DNA from: Sporopachydermia quercuum
Taxonomy: Eukaryota
Direction of reading: 5' to 3'
NCBI GenBank assembly: GCA_001599295.1
Contig: BCGN01000004.1
Location: forward strand, 252,138 to 316,137
Length of the DNA stretch: 64,000 bases
A program made the position numbers and the translations under genes. Below, one piece after another: positions 35,707 to 46,506 of the stretch (its first letter is position 1; every line of letters begins with the position of its first letter). The notes beneath the pieces were generated by a model. That model searched no databases. It was not told the origin of the DNA and was given only the letters and a program-made list of their open reading frames with translations.

Positions 35707-36051
35707 GATGTATATGTGGGTAAGTGCGGTTCATTATTTGTTTTAATCCGCTTTGGGTCGTTTCTAGGCTTGCTGAGAGGTTCAGGCAAGTTTAAGCAGG
35801 TTCGAACTCTGGGGCAACTACCTCAAATACAGCAATCAATGCAAATACAACCGTGAATTCTGCTTCAGGAGCTGTAAACGTATAGAACTACCTGCCTTCT
35901 CGTGCAATTACTTATTGCGTAACTCCTAGAGTTCAGAGCCTGATGCTTAATGTTGAGTGCTTATTGCCTATTGCCTATTGCCTAATACATAATATCCAAT
36001 ATCTATTAAACCTGCGAACGGATCAAAATGCTGAAATTCCACAACTTGAGT

Positions 36052-36087
36052 CTCAATGTCACCCTCAATGTCACCCTCAATGTCACC
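36052..36087. repeat. (CTCAATGTCACC)3 tandem repeat
   Basis: Three perfect 12-mers; (TTGCCTA)3 also at ~35964-35984. Confidence 0.9.
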
Positions 36088-36199
36088 TTCATTTATCAAA
36101 TCCCACAGACATTTTTCCATTGGCTAAGGATGCCGAATATTTTTAAAGATGTCTAAACCAGTTGCCTTGATTTCCGTACCCCACTATTCAAGACTATCT

Positions 36200-37380
36200 C
36201 CGCCTAATGGCACTTCTTTGTATAAATTGGAACATTACAGATACTGACATGACATTCCTGCATCACCGGAACTTTTGATTTTGACTTAGAACAGTATAGA
36301 GAAGAAATTACATTCATTATGTATGATCCATCAGTATTACTAGGGAGATAGATAACTGTACGACAGGTATAAAAGAGCAGTTCGGTTAATAAAAACACCG
36401 AACTGAGACTACAGAAAAGTATGCCATTCAGAGACTTTTCATGTGATGATAATCCTTTCAAAAGTGCTGCCTGATCAACCATTTGATAGCAGTTTTATCA
36501 CTTCCTCAAGTCTGTTGCAATCAACGTGCCATACCAAGAGTTGGAGGTCATGTTAACAATGAGAAAATACTTAATTTTTGGTATAAATTTGCCTTTCTGA
36601 ATATTTATTCTGGCTTTTATTCTGGCTGTTATACTGTATATTCTCGTTCAAGCATTCAAGGTCTCTCGAAGACTGGTCCTAATCCGGTGTGAAGGCATTG
36701 CCCTTTGTCAGGTGGAGTTTGGCTGGGGTAGGGCGGGCGGCATATTTACTAAGATATAACGTAACGTCGGTTGTTTTTTGTTAGGGGGAACTCAGGGAAA
36801 ACAGACCCCAGTGCCAGTAGACAAACTGACTGTTTCATATTATCTTTGATGATACTATCCTCACCTCATTAATACCATAACATAGCATAATATAATGTAG
36901 TATAATATGACATCTCTGACGCTCGTACTCATAGCCGGCTTGGCACGATGAATGTTTTTGCCTCGACGTTAAGAAACTCCAAAGTTTTCTTAATTAAGAG
37001 AGTGGTTATTCTATCAAAATAAAATCTGAAATCGTCTCTCGAGCTGTTTTAAATTGGTAGGTTTGATATAACCTGTTAGTATTCGGGTATCTGATAATAT
37101 TAATCAAAGCTACTAGTTACCTCCCATTGGTCATCTGTCTCTTAATCCAAAAAATCATGAAGATCTTTCCAATGTTGGTAATATGTTCTTGGATCAAACA
37201 ATGACAACTGATAGGATCACGTTGATTAAGATAACAAGAAGCAACATATGCAACACAGTGATGAAAGATCCTAATTCTTGAACCTAATATTGAATATTTT
37301 TCCGGTAGACTTTCGATAATCAAATATAAATACGTATCTTATACGATAACGAGTTTCGGTAACCGAGGATGATAATTATG
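36200..37380 (-). mobile_element. Decayed Ty1/copia gag-protease relic, interrupted by an rRNA fragment
   Basis: LIIESLPEKYS (~37300, gag LLxSLPxxY motif), NMTSNSW, IKL..NG, SLNGILF.SLS (cf. LxNVLYVPxL), GSY, CH*. Confidence 0.45.
36640..36826 (+). pseudogene. Degenerate fragment of nuclear 25S rRNA (3' half)
   Basis: Collinear with yeast LSU as I recall it: agcattcaaggtc..atccgg..tgaag.cattg..tcaggtgg(gg)agtttggctgggg..cggca.at..ataacg..agggggaactca.gga.aacaga..ccagtaga, with several small insertions. Confidence 0.85.
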
Positions 37381-38182
37381 GTAACTATGATGAGAGTAGT
37401 TCTTAGAATGTAAATTTCACTCTAATCTGAAGTATAGAAAATTACATTTGATTATGAATTGATAGGAATATTCTTTCACAGAGTTAAAAATTCATAGTGA
37501 ATAGAGGAAAGCTTATAATGAGCAACAACAATTAATGATTGGCATAGTACTGGAGGACTATCTTACTTCCCACTACAATTACTATTTGGAGCTAGGAATC
37601 AAAAGTTTGGCCAGCAAATTCAAGATATTGGTTGCGCTTATTCCTTCTATTTAATTAATAAACAAATTAGTTAGATTTATAACAAAACAGAATGTTCATT
37701 TTTATGTACACGTAGCTGGAAGTCTCAACTTGAGATTAAAAGTACTTAGCTTTGAATCGAACCACTCTCTCTAATTGCTCATTTCTCATTCTCTCTTCTT
37801 TTCAAAAGCAGAGTAAAGCTTGAACTTGAAAAAAAAAGAGTTTTACTGTGTTTATTGTTTCTTCTGGTCAAAACACTTTATATCAATTAAATAATTTCAA
37901 TTCCGAAGTGAAAATCAATCAAGCCTTTAAGACCACTTTTCGCATTTATGGTTGAATACCCTTCGTAAGGGAATCAATAAAATGATGATACAATTATCGA
38001 CATGATACGCACAGCACCACCCTGTCCGCATTAGGAATTAGTAAATAACCGTAAAAGTAGTAAAAACTGGTGAAAACTGAAAACTTATATAAAACTAATG
38101 AATGACATCGATTAGCTGTGTGACTATCTTTTGCTAAATCCCAACCGTTTAACTGGTGTTTGCTGATCAAACGCCAATGAAA

Positions 38183-38187
<5 letters not shown>

Positions 38188-38215
<28 letters not shown>
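38188..38215 (+). repeat. A28 homopolymer
   Basis: Read directly. Confidence 0.9.
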
Positions 38216-38217
<2 letters not shown>

Positions 38218-38849
38218 ATAACAAACAAGAATGCTAACTGAAAAATAGCCAAAGAAAGCAAGAAGAACAAATAAGAACAAATGATTAACTAACTGACCGG
38301 ACAGCCACTGTGCTGTTATAACTGTTGAATGGAATGAACCCCGAAATGAAACTGACGGAGAGATAGAAGATGGATCTGAATCATTGGGTTTGAGTCAGCT
38401 CTTGTTGTCAATGAAGTGATATGGCATAAGGATTTATTTCTTGGAAATCAAGTTTGAAGGCTGAAAATTCGTTCTTTGATGCAGCAATTGTTGTTGCTGG
38501 CCAATTTGTTATCATCTAGCTTTTTTATGTTCAGTTTGCAATGAATTCTGATGACTATGTTTACAAAAAATGAACTTCAACTTAATAAGCGGTTATAGTC
38601 ATGAGCGGTAGAGCAAAGCATTATGTTTAATTAGATGATCAGTGTTAGTCATTCCCTCGATTGATATGTGATAATATCTATATTTATCCAAGCTTTTCTT
38701 TCTTGTGCTCTCGGAAGCGGAAGTTTTTTGTTTGGCAATGTTCCTGCAAACCTTCGTTGCTTTTGTTCTTAACTGCACTCTTAGGCCTATCGGCTAACTA
38801 ATAATAGCTGAGACCTCCTGCAAGTCTTAATTACAATTGAGTTGATCTC

Positions 38850-41330
38850 ATTTGTTCTTGTTGTGAGTATATCATACTGATAGTCTCATTGAAAATTAAG
38901 GAGAGATGAAAGATCACCATGAACAAGCTGCGACACGATGAGGCAAGATGGTTAAGGTCTATATGAAGTTTAATTTAGCTTGAACCTTAATGTAATGTGT
39001 CTAAGTTTAACCTTGATCGATTTCCAGTCCTGAGAACTTTAATCCTGAGCCCTGTTGTCATCTTCAATTTTAATCAATTCTTTGATGTTGATAATATCAC
39101 TATAGTATAGTGATACTGAATTGAATAATACATGGAAAATACGTAGAACCATATTTGTTGAGTTTTATTAATTCATTTTTGATGGTGTTCTTTTCTCTTT
39201 TGCCGATTGTTTGAAACTACAAGCTCTGGTACTGGCTGTATCACATTTATTCAAAATGTACTACTCAAAACTACCTAATTTTTCACTATCATCATATCTT
39301 TAATATTCATTATTATATCACTCAGTGTTTACCAGAGGAAATTATCTAATCCATATTGGTATTCGGCTTTTGATTGGTGTATTATTTCAACATTCAGAGC
39401 TGCGTGTAATGAAATCAACACACACTCAAGTGCTAATGAGAAAGCACCCTTGAGGGCCCTAGATAGGCAGGCAAGTAGGTAGGCTATATGGATATTATCA
39501 TCTTTAATCTAGTAGGATATGACACTTTTCTTTCTGTCACGAAAAATGTCAACCATAATCAAAAAAAAAAATAAAAAATACCTTAGTTGGGGTTTTATCC
39601 TTGTTATATTTATAATTTCATTCCTTATTTTATATATTTATCCATATAAAATCTTAAACATGGAATAATGGAAAATGTCTAAAAGTATCTATCATATGCA
39701 AGTAATTTTTCATAATCAAAGTATAGTTTACTTTTTATGTTTAATGTCCAAAACAAGTGTAGTAATAGTTCTCTCTATATCTAGCCAAGAGAAAAAGAAT
39801 CGAACATTAATTAAATCAAGCCTACTGAAACAAAACAACTATTTATCTTTATTGTTGTTCCCCAGAAAAAGAAAACCATTTATACGGGGTAGAAAGGGGT
39901 TTGTTTGTTCATAATGACAGAATTTGGAATGTGTTACTTTCATATATGAAGTTACTTCAAACAATAAGTTCAAGTAAGAATCTTGAAACCCGAGGATAAA
40001 GTTTAACTGTAAAGGAATGGACAACTTGAGCAGCAAGGCAGGAGGAGATGGGGGAGATGTAAATCTCCTTGGAAAGAGTGAAAGTGTGATATAAGGATAC
40101 AGTGATAATCGCTGATATTCATTCAGTCTGCTGGTTTAATTGACATTTAAAAGAATACAATGAGCATGCTACTGTATATGGCGATGAATGATTATAACAC
40201 AGAAAAACATATAACTTGCTATATTTTCCCAATATGGCTAGCTCTAGAAATAGGCTACATTTTTCATATTGCAATACCGTAGAAAATAAGTCACCTATTA
40301 CTCGGAAGATCAAAATCCGCGGCCTTATATTTTCCGGTCGGGATGAGACTTGAAGTGACCAGACCACTTAAATGAGGTTAGCTTTTTTCAATCTTAAACC
40401 TAAATAAGGCCAATGAGACGAATTGTCACCGCAAAATACACTATTTCTCTAACTTCCAGACACTAGTTTGAATACAATTTACTATCATACAACCTATACG
40501 TGATCTAAGAACTTAAGTAAAAAGATATTACACACAGCTTAAAATACTAGATAACAGGGTGAAACATTTCGATACGACAAGTGGTAGGAAATGTAACTAT
40601 TTGAATGGGTTATAAACTTCAGCTAGTGATTTAAACTCTAAAATTATTCTGTATTCTTTTACCGAAAGGATGGAGAAAAGCTCTCAAGATTTCAATGAAA
40701 CAATCTTCCATTTGATTAACGGTCGAAGGTATTTGATAACATTGTGATTTTCCAGTAAACATAGATGAACAATACTCTGAGATATAGTATATGCAGTGTA
40801 TTGTAAGCATATATACAATGTTAGCTGGAAGTTCTTCATCATGTTGGAAAACTCTTTCCTTGGAACAGCAACGTCTTCATTCATTATATCGCTCAGATTC
40901 TGACCTATACGGAGTAAATAGCCGTACATGTGCTACAATTGTATTGCTCAATGTTAGTTCTCTATTTCGAATATAACATAACATACATAAAAGTGAACTT
41001 CACAATATTATATATGGATAGATACTATGAGGCGTAGAATATGCCTTTCTAGAATAATTAAATCATAATTTTGAATTAGCATGGCTGCTATATCGACATT
41101 TTGCTAATATACCACATTTCCAAAAGAACAAACCATAGACTACCATAGAGATTTCGTACCAAAGAACATACACCAGAAGCCCAGAGTATTTCTGGGACCA
41201 CATACATTTCGTATCACCTACCTTTTCAAGTTACACATTAACTATTATCTGATAATGTGATATCGTAATTCTTCTTTCTAATCAAAAACATATGAATTTC
41301 ACCGCCCACAGCAGAACCCCTGCCCGTAAA
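38850..41330 (-). mobile_element. Decayed Ty1/copia pol relic (integrase, RT, RNase H)
   Basis: Ordered fragments: NVCGP (~41195), YTAYT, LHPFG (~40665), VWSL..SRPEN (~40350), LSKEIYISP (~40060), IAYLLACLSR (~39470), RHITLRF (~38990), DILT. Confidence 0.75.
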
Positions 41331-41811
41331 CCTACACAATGGGTGTCTTGTGATTATTTGATAGTTGCTTTAAGGTTAAAGTTAATACATCAGTTATAGT
41401 TTAAAAATCTATTAAGAACTAAACTCTTTTACGGTAATGAACTCTAATTTCAAATCAAGTATTCCGAAGATTCAGATATAATTCTATGTCTACATATATA
41501 GTATTGTGAGGTCGCTGATATGTTTTAAATCATTAGAATAGATTATTCGCAGTTTATCTACATACTTCATTATGTGTGAATATTTCTCAGCTCTACAATT
41601 TACAGTCTGCTTACTCTCAATCCTATGATTCATACGGGAAATCATCCACCATGATTCATAAACCAGGAAAAACATACCACACTAAGTCAGCTATCAAAGC
41701 AGCCATATAACTAATATCAACGAAAGGTGTATCAAATGCAATCTGGAAAGCTCACCAAGAAATACCAACAATTGTAAACTAGCATATATTAAGTACGTTA
41801 AATTTTCAAAT

Positions 41812-43365
41812 ATGGTCAAACGTTTCATCAGCAGAATCTCTAAGGAGAAACCTTTAGTAGATCTATCCATACAGCTAGAAAACTCATCACACTCTTCGAC
41901 TCCTGACATAATTCTACTACAAAACAATCCTCTTACAACCATCAAAGGCAATATAATAATAAGCTCAAACACAAAATTGCCCGTCAAGAAAATTTCACTT
42001 GAATTATGCTGTGATTTCAAAGTAAACTTCCTAGAAGAAACGATCATTCAGTCATATAATGAACAAAATGAGCTGAAAACATCTACATCAACTAAACGTA
42101 TAAAACATCAGTCTGAACCAATCAGCTACTTCTGGGATAATCTTTTATACTCAAATGAAGGGTCAGTAAAAAAGATTAATGATTTGGAGCCATTGGAAAA
42201 TCTGACAGGTGATAAGTCATGGTTGCTCAATCTATCACCAGAGCTTCAAATGTGCTGCAATCCTGAGACTCTCTGCAAAGAATATTATAGCAGAAAGAGA
42301 AAATCACTGTCTACAGCTCAATTGTCTTCTGGCTTACATTCTTTCCCTTTTACAATCTCAATCCCTACGGATTCACTTCACTCTACTATAGAATCTGTTC
42401 ATGGTATAAGTGTGTTTTATTATTTTAAGGCAAAAGTATACGGGGAGAAAGAGTTTCAAGACAGGAAAATGTATAAGTATATCAGAGTGATTAGAAAACT
42501 ATCAGAAAATGATATAGAACTTTCGGACTCATTTTCAGTAGCAAATGACACTCAACTGCTAAACTATCAAGTTAATACACCTACCAGAGCTGTGCCCATA
42601 GGTGGTTCACTACCTCTAAGCTGCATATTGGATTTGAAACAGAATACCAAACTTGAGGACATACATTTTGAACTAATAGAAAAAATTAGCTTTGAAGATG
42701 AAGGTGAAGAAGTCAAATTTGAGAAATGTACTAAATCTTATAAATCGTTGAAAGAGAAAGGAATGCTAGAGCAGTTCAAACAATCGTTAGGAGTGATGAT
42801 CCCATTTCCTGACGACTTCTCATCTTGTATGACGGACATGAATTCACCAAAGCTTTCCGTAAAGCATTTACTGAAAATGAGAATAAAGCTGAATACGGAT
42901 GGAAATTTCAGTACATTGAAAGTGAACATACCGATAGTGGTGTATATCACACCTGAATTGGGTATCACAGGAAAAAGGTTTGTCAGTGATTCCTACGGAA
43001 TTAGAACGAATGGCAGTACAAATATGTTTGGATTACCTGAGAACAGTTATACTGACAAACAAGGAGTAAGAGACGGAATTGCTTTTCTGGATCCCTATAT
43101 TGCTAGCGATCACTTATACTATTCGATCAACCCACCACCAAGGTATGATAAGTATAAGAATGATGCAGAACTAGTTTATGATGATCCTCCAGAATATGAA
43201 CTTGAAAACTCCAATAGACGTTTGACTTCTTCAATGTCTAGATCTACTTGTTCTATAGATTCAACTTCATCTTTAGGGTCACTGTTCTCGGTATCGGGGG
43301 GAGTGTCAATTGCGTCAACTGTTTCTAACGGGTGTCCTGAATACTGTTCAGTTACTATGCAATAA
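41812..43365 (+). CDS. Arrestin-related trafficking adaptor (ROD1/ROG3-like), divergent
   Basis: Arrestin-fold motifs (GLHSFPFTISIP, KYIRVIR, YQV.TPTRAVPIG, VKHLLK) and C-terminal PY motifs PPRY and PPEY. Confidence 0.8.
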   Translation: MVKRFISRISKEKPLVDLSIQLENSSHSSTPDIILLQNNPLTTIKGNIIISSNTKLPVKKISLELCCDFKVNFLEETIIQSYNEQNELKTSTSTKRIKHQSEPISYFWDNLLYSNEGSVKKINDLEPLENLTGDKSWLLNLSPELQMCCNPETLCKEYYSRKRKSLSTAQLSSGLHSFPFTISIPTDSLHSTIESVHGISVFYYFKAKVYGEKEFQDRKMYKYIRVIRKLSENDIELSDSFSVANDTQLLNYQVNTPTRAVPIGGSLPLSCILDLKQNTKLEDIHFELIEKISFEDEGEEVKFEKCTKSYKSLKEKGMLEQFKQSLGVMIPFPDDFSSCMTDMNSPKLSVKHLLKMRIKLNTDGNFSTLKVNIPIVVYITPELGITGKRFVSDSYGIRTNGSTNMFGLPENSYTDKQGVRDGIAFLDPYIASDHLYYSINPPPRYDKYKNDAELVYDDPPEYELENSNRRLTSSMSRSTCSIDSTSSLGSLFSVSGGVSIASTVSNGCPEYCSVTMQ

Positions 43366-43828
43366 CTGAAACATAATTGTGCACCTCCTCTTGGAAAATT
43401 ATTTGTGTATATTATAAAGCTATCAACCATAGATTATATTGCTGTACTATAAAGAATTACGAATAAATATCGGCTTGTTCTATTATATGAAGGTAAATAT
43501 TGCTTTAACAATCGAATAAAGTTGAGATTAAGCACCTGGAACCTAAACATTATTAAAGTTTATATTGAACCTTGGGACTAGACCTACATTACCTAATTAA
43601 AGTTTAACTGTTTCCCCACCCTTCTTTGCGGGCATTTCAATTTTTCCTATCAGTTATCACTGCTTCTGGAAGAATAAGAAAATAGTTACTGTCATATTAT
43701 CCGCATTATCGATGAAATCAGTACCAAATCATAATAAACATGTTTCAAATGATTCATACTTTCTCTATATTTTACCGGATATTTATAAGATTCTATCAAA
43801 GACAAACAAATCAAAACCTCGTATAGGA

Positions 43829-45463
43829 CTACCTGCATAGATATACAACTCCGAGCAATATTATTCCAGTAGTTAAACTGGAAACTAATCCGACTTTCAG
43901 CAACGGGCACACATTATTAGAAGATTTTTCCTCAAAAGGTTCAGATCTCGGCAAGATGTTGGTTGGAAGTATTTTTTCTCGATTCATATTTCTCTTTGAA
44001 GAACCTTTAAGCACAATCGCAAATGCTCGTTTAATTAGCCAAAGATAAAAACTTAACGAAAAGATATTTTGAGCAACCCTATAGATTAAATTCATAATCC
44101 AGATAATGAAACTCACTTTAAAAAATATATTACTGTTCTTGAAGAGGTTCCAGAGATATTCTGCGCCAAGCATTATACCATATTGTAACTTAGGATTTAT
44201 GTTATTGAGGCTAACCATCATACTATCCATTGTAGGTTTCACAGATAATTCTGCTTGAGTGAATATATCAATTAAAGTGTTATTTATACTACCAATTCTG
44301 TCAGTTAAATTTCCAATTTTCTTGTTCAGATATTCTGCTTGGTTGTCTATATGTTTCAACTGATCAAACACATACTTTATATGCTGTTTGATGCTATCAT
44401 AGTACTCTTCAACCTCTTGCACATAATTATCATGCATATCTGACACAGAATCAACCATTTCAGCCAATTTAACATTTGTTATATGCTTTGTAGTACTAGA
44501 CAGCTCCTCTGACAAGCTACTATTGAATTGACTGACACTATATTCTAGTACTTTTTTCAGATCATCACTTATGGAAATACCAAACTCAGTAGCAATATTT
44601 CCTAGTATATTTTCCAGCACTTCCACCAGCTGATTTTCAAAATGCTTTCCATTATCGTTGAGAATCGTTTTGAATTTAATACTCATCTCAGAACTCATGG
44701 TATCAAACAAGTCATGGAAAACTACTCCTACATCATCTTCAAGCATACTACGATACCTTAAGGCTGATTCCCGTTGCCATTCTTTCATTTGTTCATCCTC
44801 ATTTTCACATGCACGCTGATAAGCCTCTTGAAACCTATTGAACATGGTTTGGTGATAATTTGTTACATTTCTATAAAATCGAACCACTTCTTCTTTCTCA
44901 ATGTTGATTTCTTCCTGTTTGCAAATGGCTCTAACGTTTCTATAATTACCACTGAAAGAAGTCCATTTCTGACCAGATTTTTCTACTTCTGTCATACAAA
45001 TCTTCAACTGATTGCCCTTCAAATTATAAAAACTCAAATCTTTATACTCAGAGCTTTCAAACCGCTCACAAACTTTAGGAATAGCTATCCCAGCAGCGTT
45101 GAATTCACATATAGATAACTGTAAAGCTGTGAGAACATGAAGCGAGGGATCGATATTGGCTAAGCCAGTATTCTGACAGAAAGGAATTATGTTTCTGATT
45201 GAATTGAACGCACATTGCTTACTTATGAAATGAGCTTCAATAACATCAAGCGAGAGTTGTGATAGCGGCATGTATTCTTGATCATATGAACCTATGGGAT
45301 TTGATAATCTGTTCGGCCCTGTATTGGTATTATTATAGTCACTATGGCTATGAGGTTTCCCATCGTGATTGTTGGTAGCATTATTCTTGTTGAAGAACGA
45401 CGCATGGGACAAGTTTGATAAACAAATTGCACAGACAAACACTATTGAAAGAAGGTTCAGCAT
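43829..45463 (-). CDS. KAR5: Nuclear-fusion (karyogamy) protein Kar5/Tht1
   Basis: Signal peptide from ATG 45463, Cys-rich domain (CA..C..ALQLSICEF..P..C..C..WTSFSGNY..C), coiled coil and C-terminal transmembrane segments. Confidence 0.88.
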   Translation of the reverse strand: MLNLLSIVFVCAICLSNLSHASFFNKNNATNNHDGKPHSHSDYNNTNTGPNRLSNPIGSYDQEYMPLSQLSLDVIEAHFISKQCAFNSIRNIIPFCQNTGLANIDPSLHVLTALQLSICEFNAAGIAIPKVCERFESSEYKDLSFYNLKGNQLKICMTEVEKSGQKWTSFSGNYRNVRAICKQEEINIEKEEVVRFYRNVTNYHQTMFNRFQEAYQRACENEDEQMKEWQRESALRYRSMLEDDVGVVFHDLFDTMSSEMSIKFKTILNDNGKHFENQLVEVLENILGNIATEFGISISDDLKKVLEYSVSQFNSSLSEELSSTTKHITNVKLAEMVDSVSDMHDNYVQEVEEYYDSIKQHIKYVFDQLKHIDNQAEYLNKKIGNLTDRIGSINNTLIDIFTQAELSVKPTMDSMMVSLNNINPKLQYGIMLGAEYLWNLFKNSNIFFKVSFIIWIMNLIYRVAQNIFSLSFYLWLIKRAFAIVLKGSSKRNMNREKILPTNILPRSEPFEEKSSNNVCPLLKVGLVSSLTTGIILLGVVYLCR

Positions 45464-46506
45464 TTCTTTCTTTTCAGTGACTATTTCATTTATACAGCCT
45501 ATACTAGTTATTGAGTGCACTTATAAGCTTGAGATTCAGAGAGGCAAGTATGAATCAAAGATACGGAGAACAGTAGAAGCTCCGTTAGGTACCATAGAGT
45601 GATATTGAAAAACCAACATATTTTATAGGCAGTTATAATTGTCTGCTAGTAATACTGTTGGTATTCAACAAATTGAATAGGCATTAAATCAATTGATAGA
45701 TAGGGATTGAAAAGATTATGTTAAAAAGTGCGTCAAGTGAGTTTAGGATTCAGCAACTAAGTTGATGAGAAGTAACGAAGTTTAGTTTCTTTTAAACTTA
45801 AAATCATTATCAACGAACTAAAATATAAACTTAATGATGAATATGAGTTGGAGTACTGCGCTTCTGCTCCTTTGAATAGAGCAGTTAAAAGTTGAAAAAA
45901 GTAAATTTCAATCTATATTTATATACGTTCTGTTTTGTCTGAGAAGTCAAGCTCAAACAATCAAAAAAGCTGAGATGGAATTCTACCCTTATATTCGAAG
46001 TCATAAGCTATGAACGTTTCGCTGAATTGGTTATTTCCCAAACTTTAATTACGAGTTCCACTTAGGTTTCATTTTACCCTGCGTAAACAATACATAGATT
46101 TTTACTCTTCAAACTCTATTTACATCTTTCTCATCATCTTATGCTTCTATCTATATACATACATGCATCCATACTAATAATCGTGGCAACTTGGACATCC
46201 CATAGTAACCAATTGCAACCGCACAAAGTATATAATCAGTTCAATTGAATCTGCTTCTAGCATAGTTTTGTCACAATTCCTATCACTCTTGTGATACCAT
46301 AATTATCACATCCAGTACTACCATGCCAGGTGATTTGATTGGTTGACTAAAGTACCAAACATAATATAGTAATAAATATATATAATCCAATCTCGCAAAG
46401 CTGCGTTCACTCCTGTTCATGAATTCTTCAAAACTTCTTTCGGAGGACAAGCTGAGAATGTACAAAGCCTATTATTACACCTGATACTGCAGAGCCTGTT
46501 CATCGT

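Noticed and set aside
38620..38645. 11-nt antisense match to 25S rRNA (TAATTAGATGA) as a snoRNA guide
   Set aside because: No correctly placed D box or C box; AT-rich chance match is likely.
46000..46450. Further possible copia scraps (ARLDYIY..FSQP; also an LYGF-like motif at ~33003)
   Set aside because: Too few ordered motifs to call by eye.
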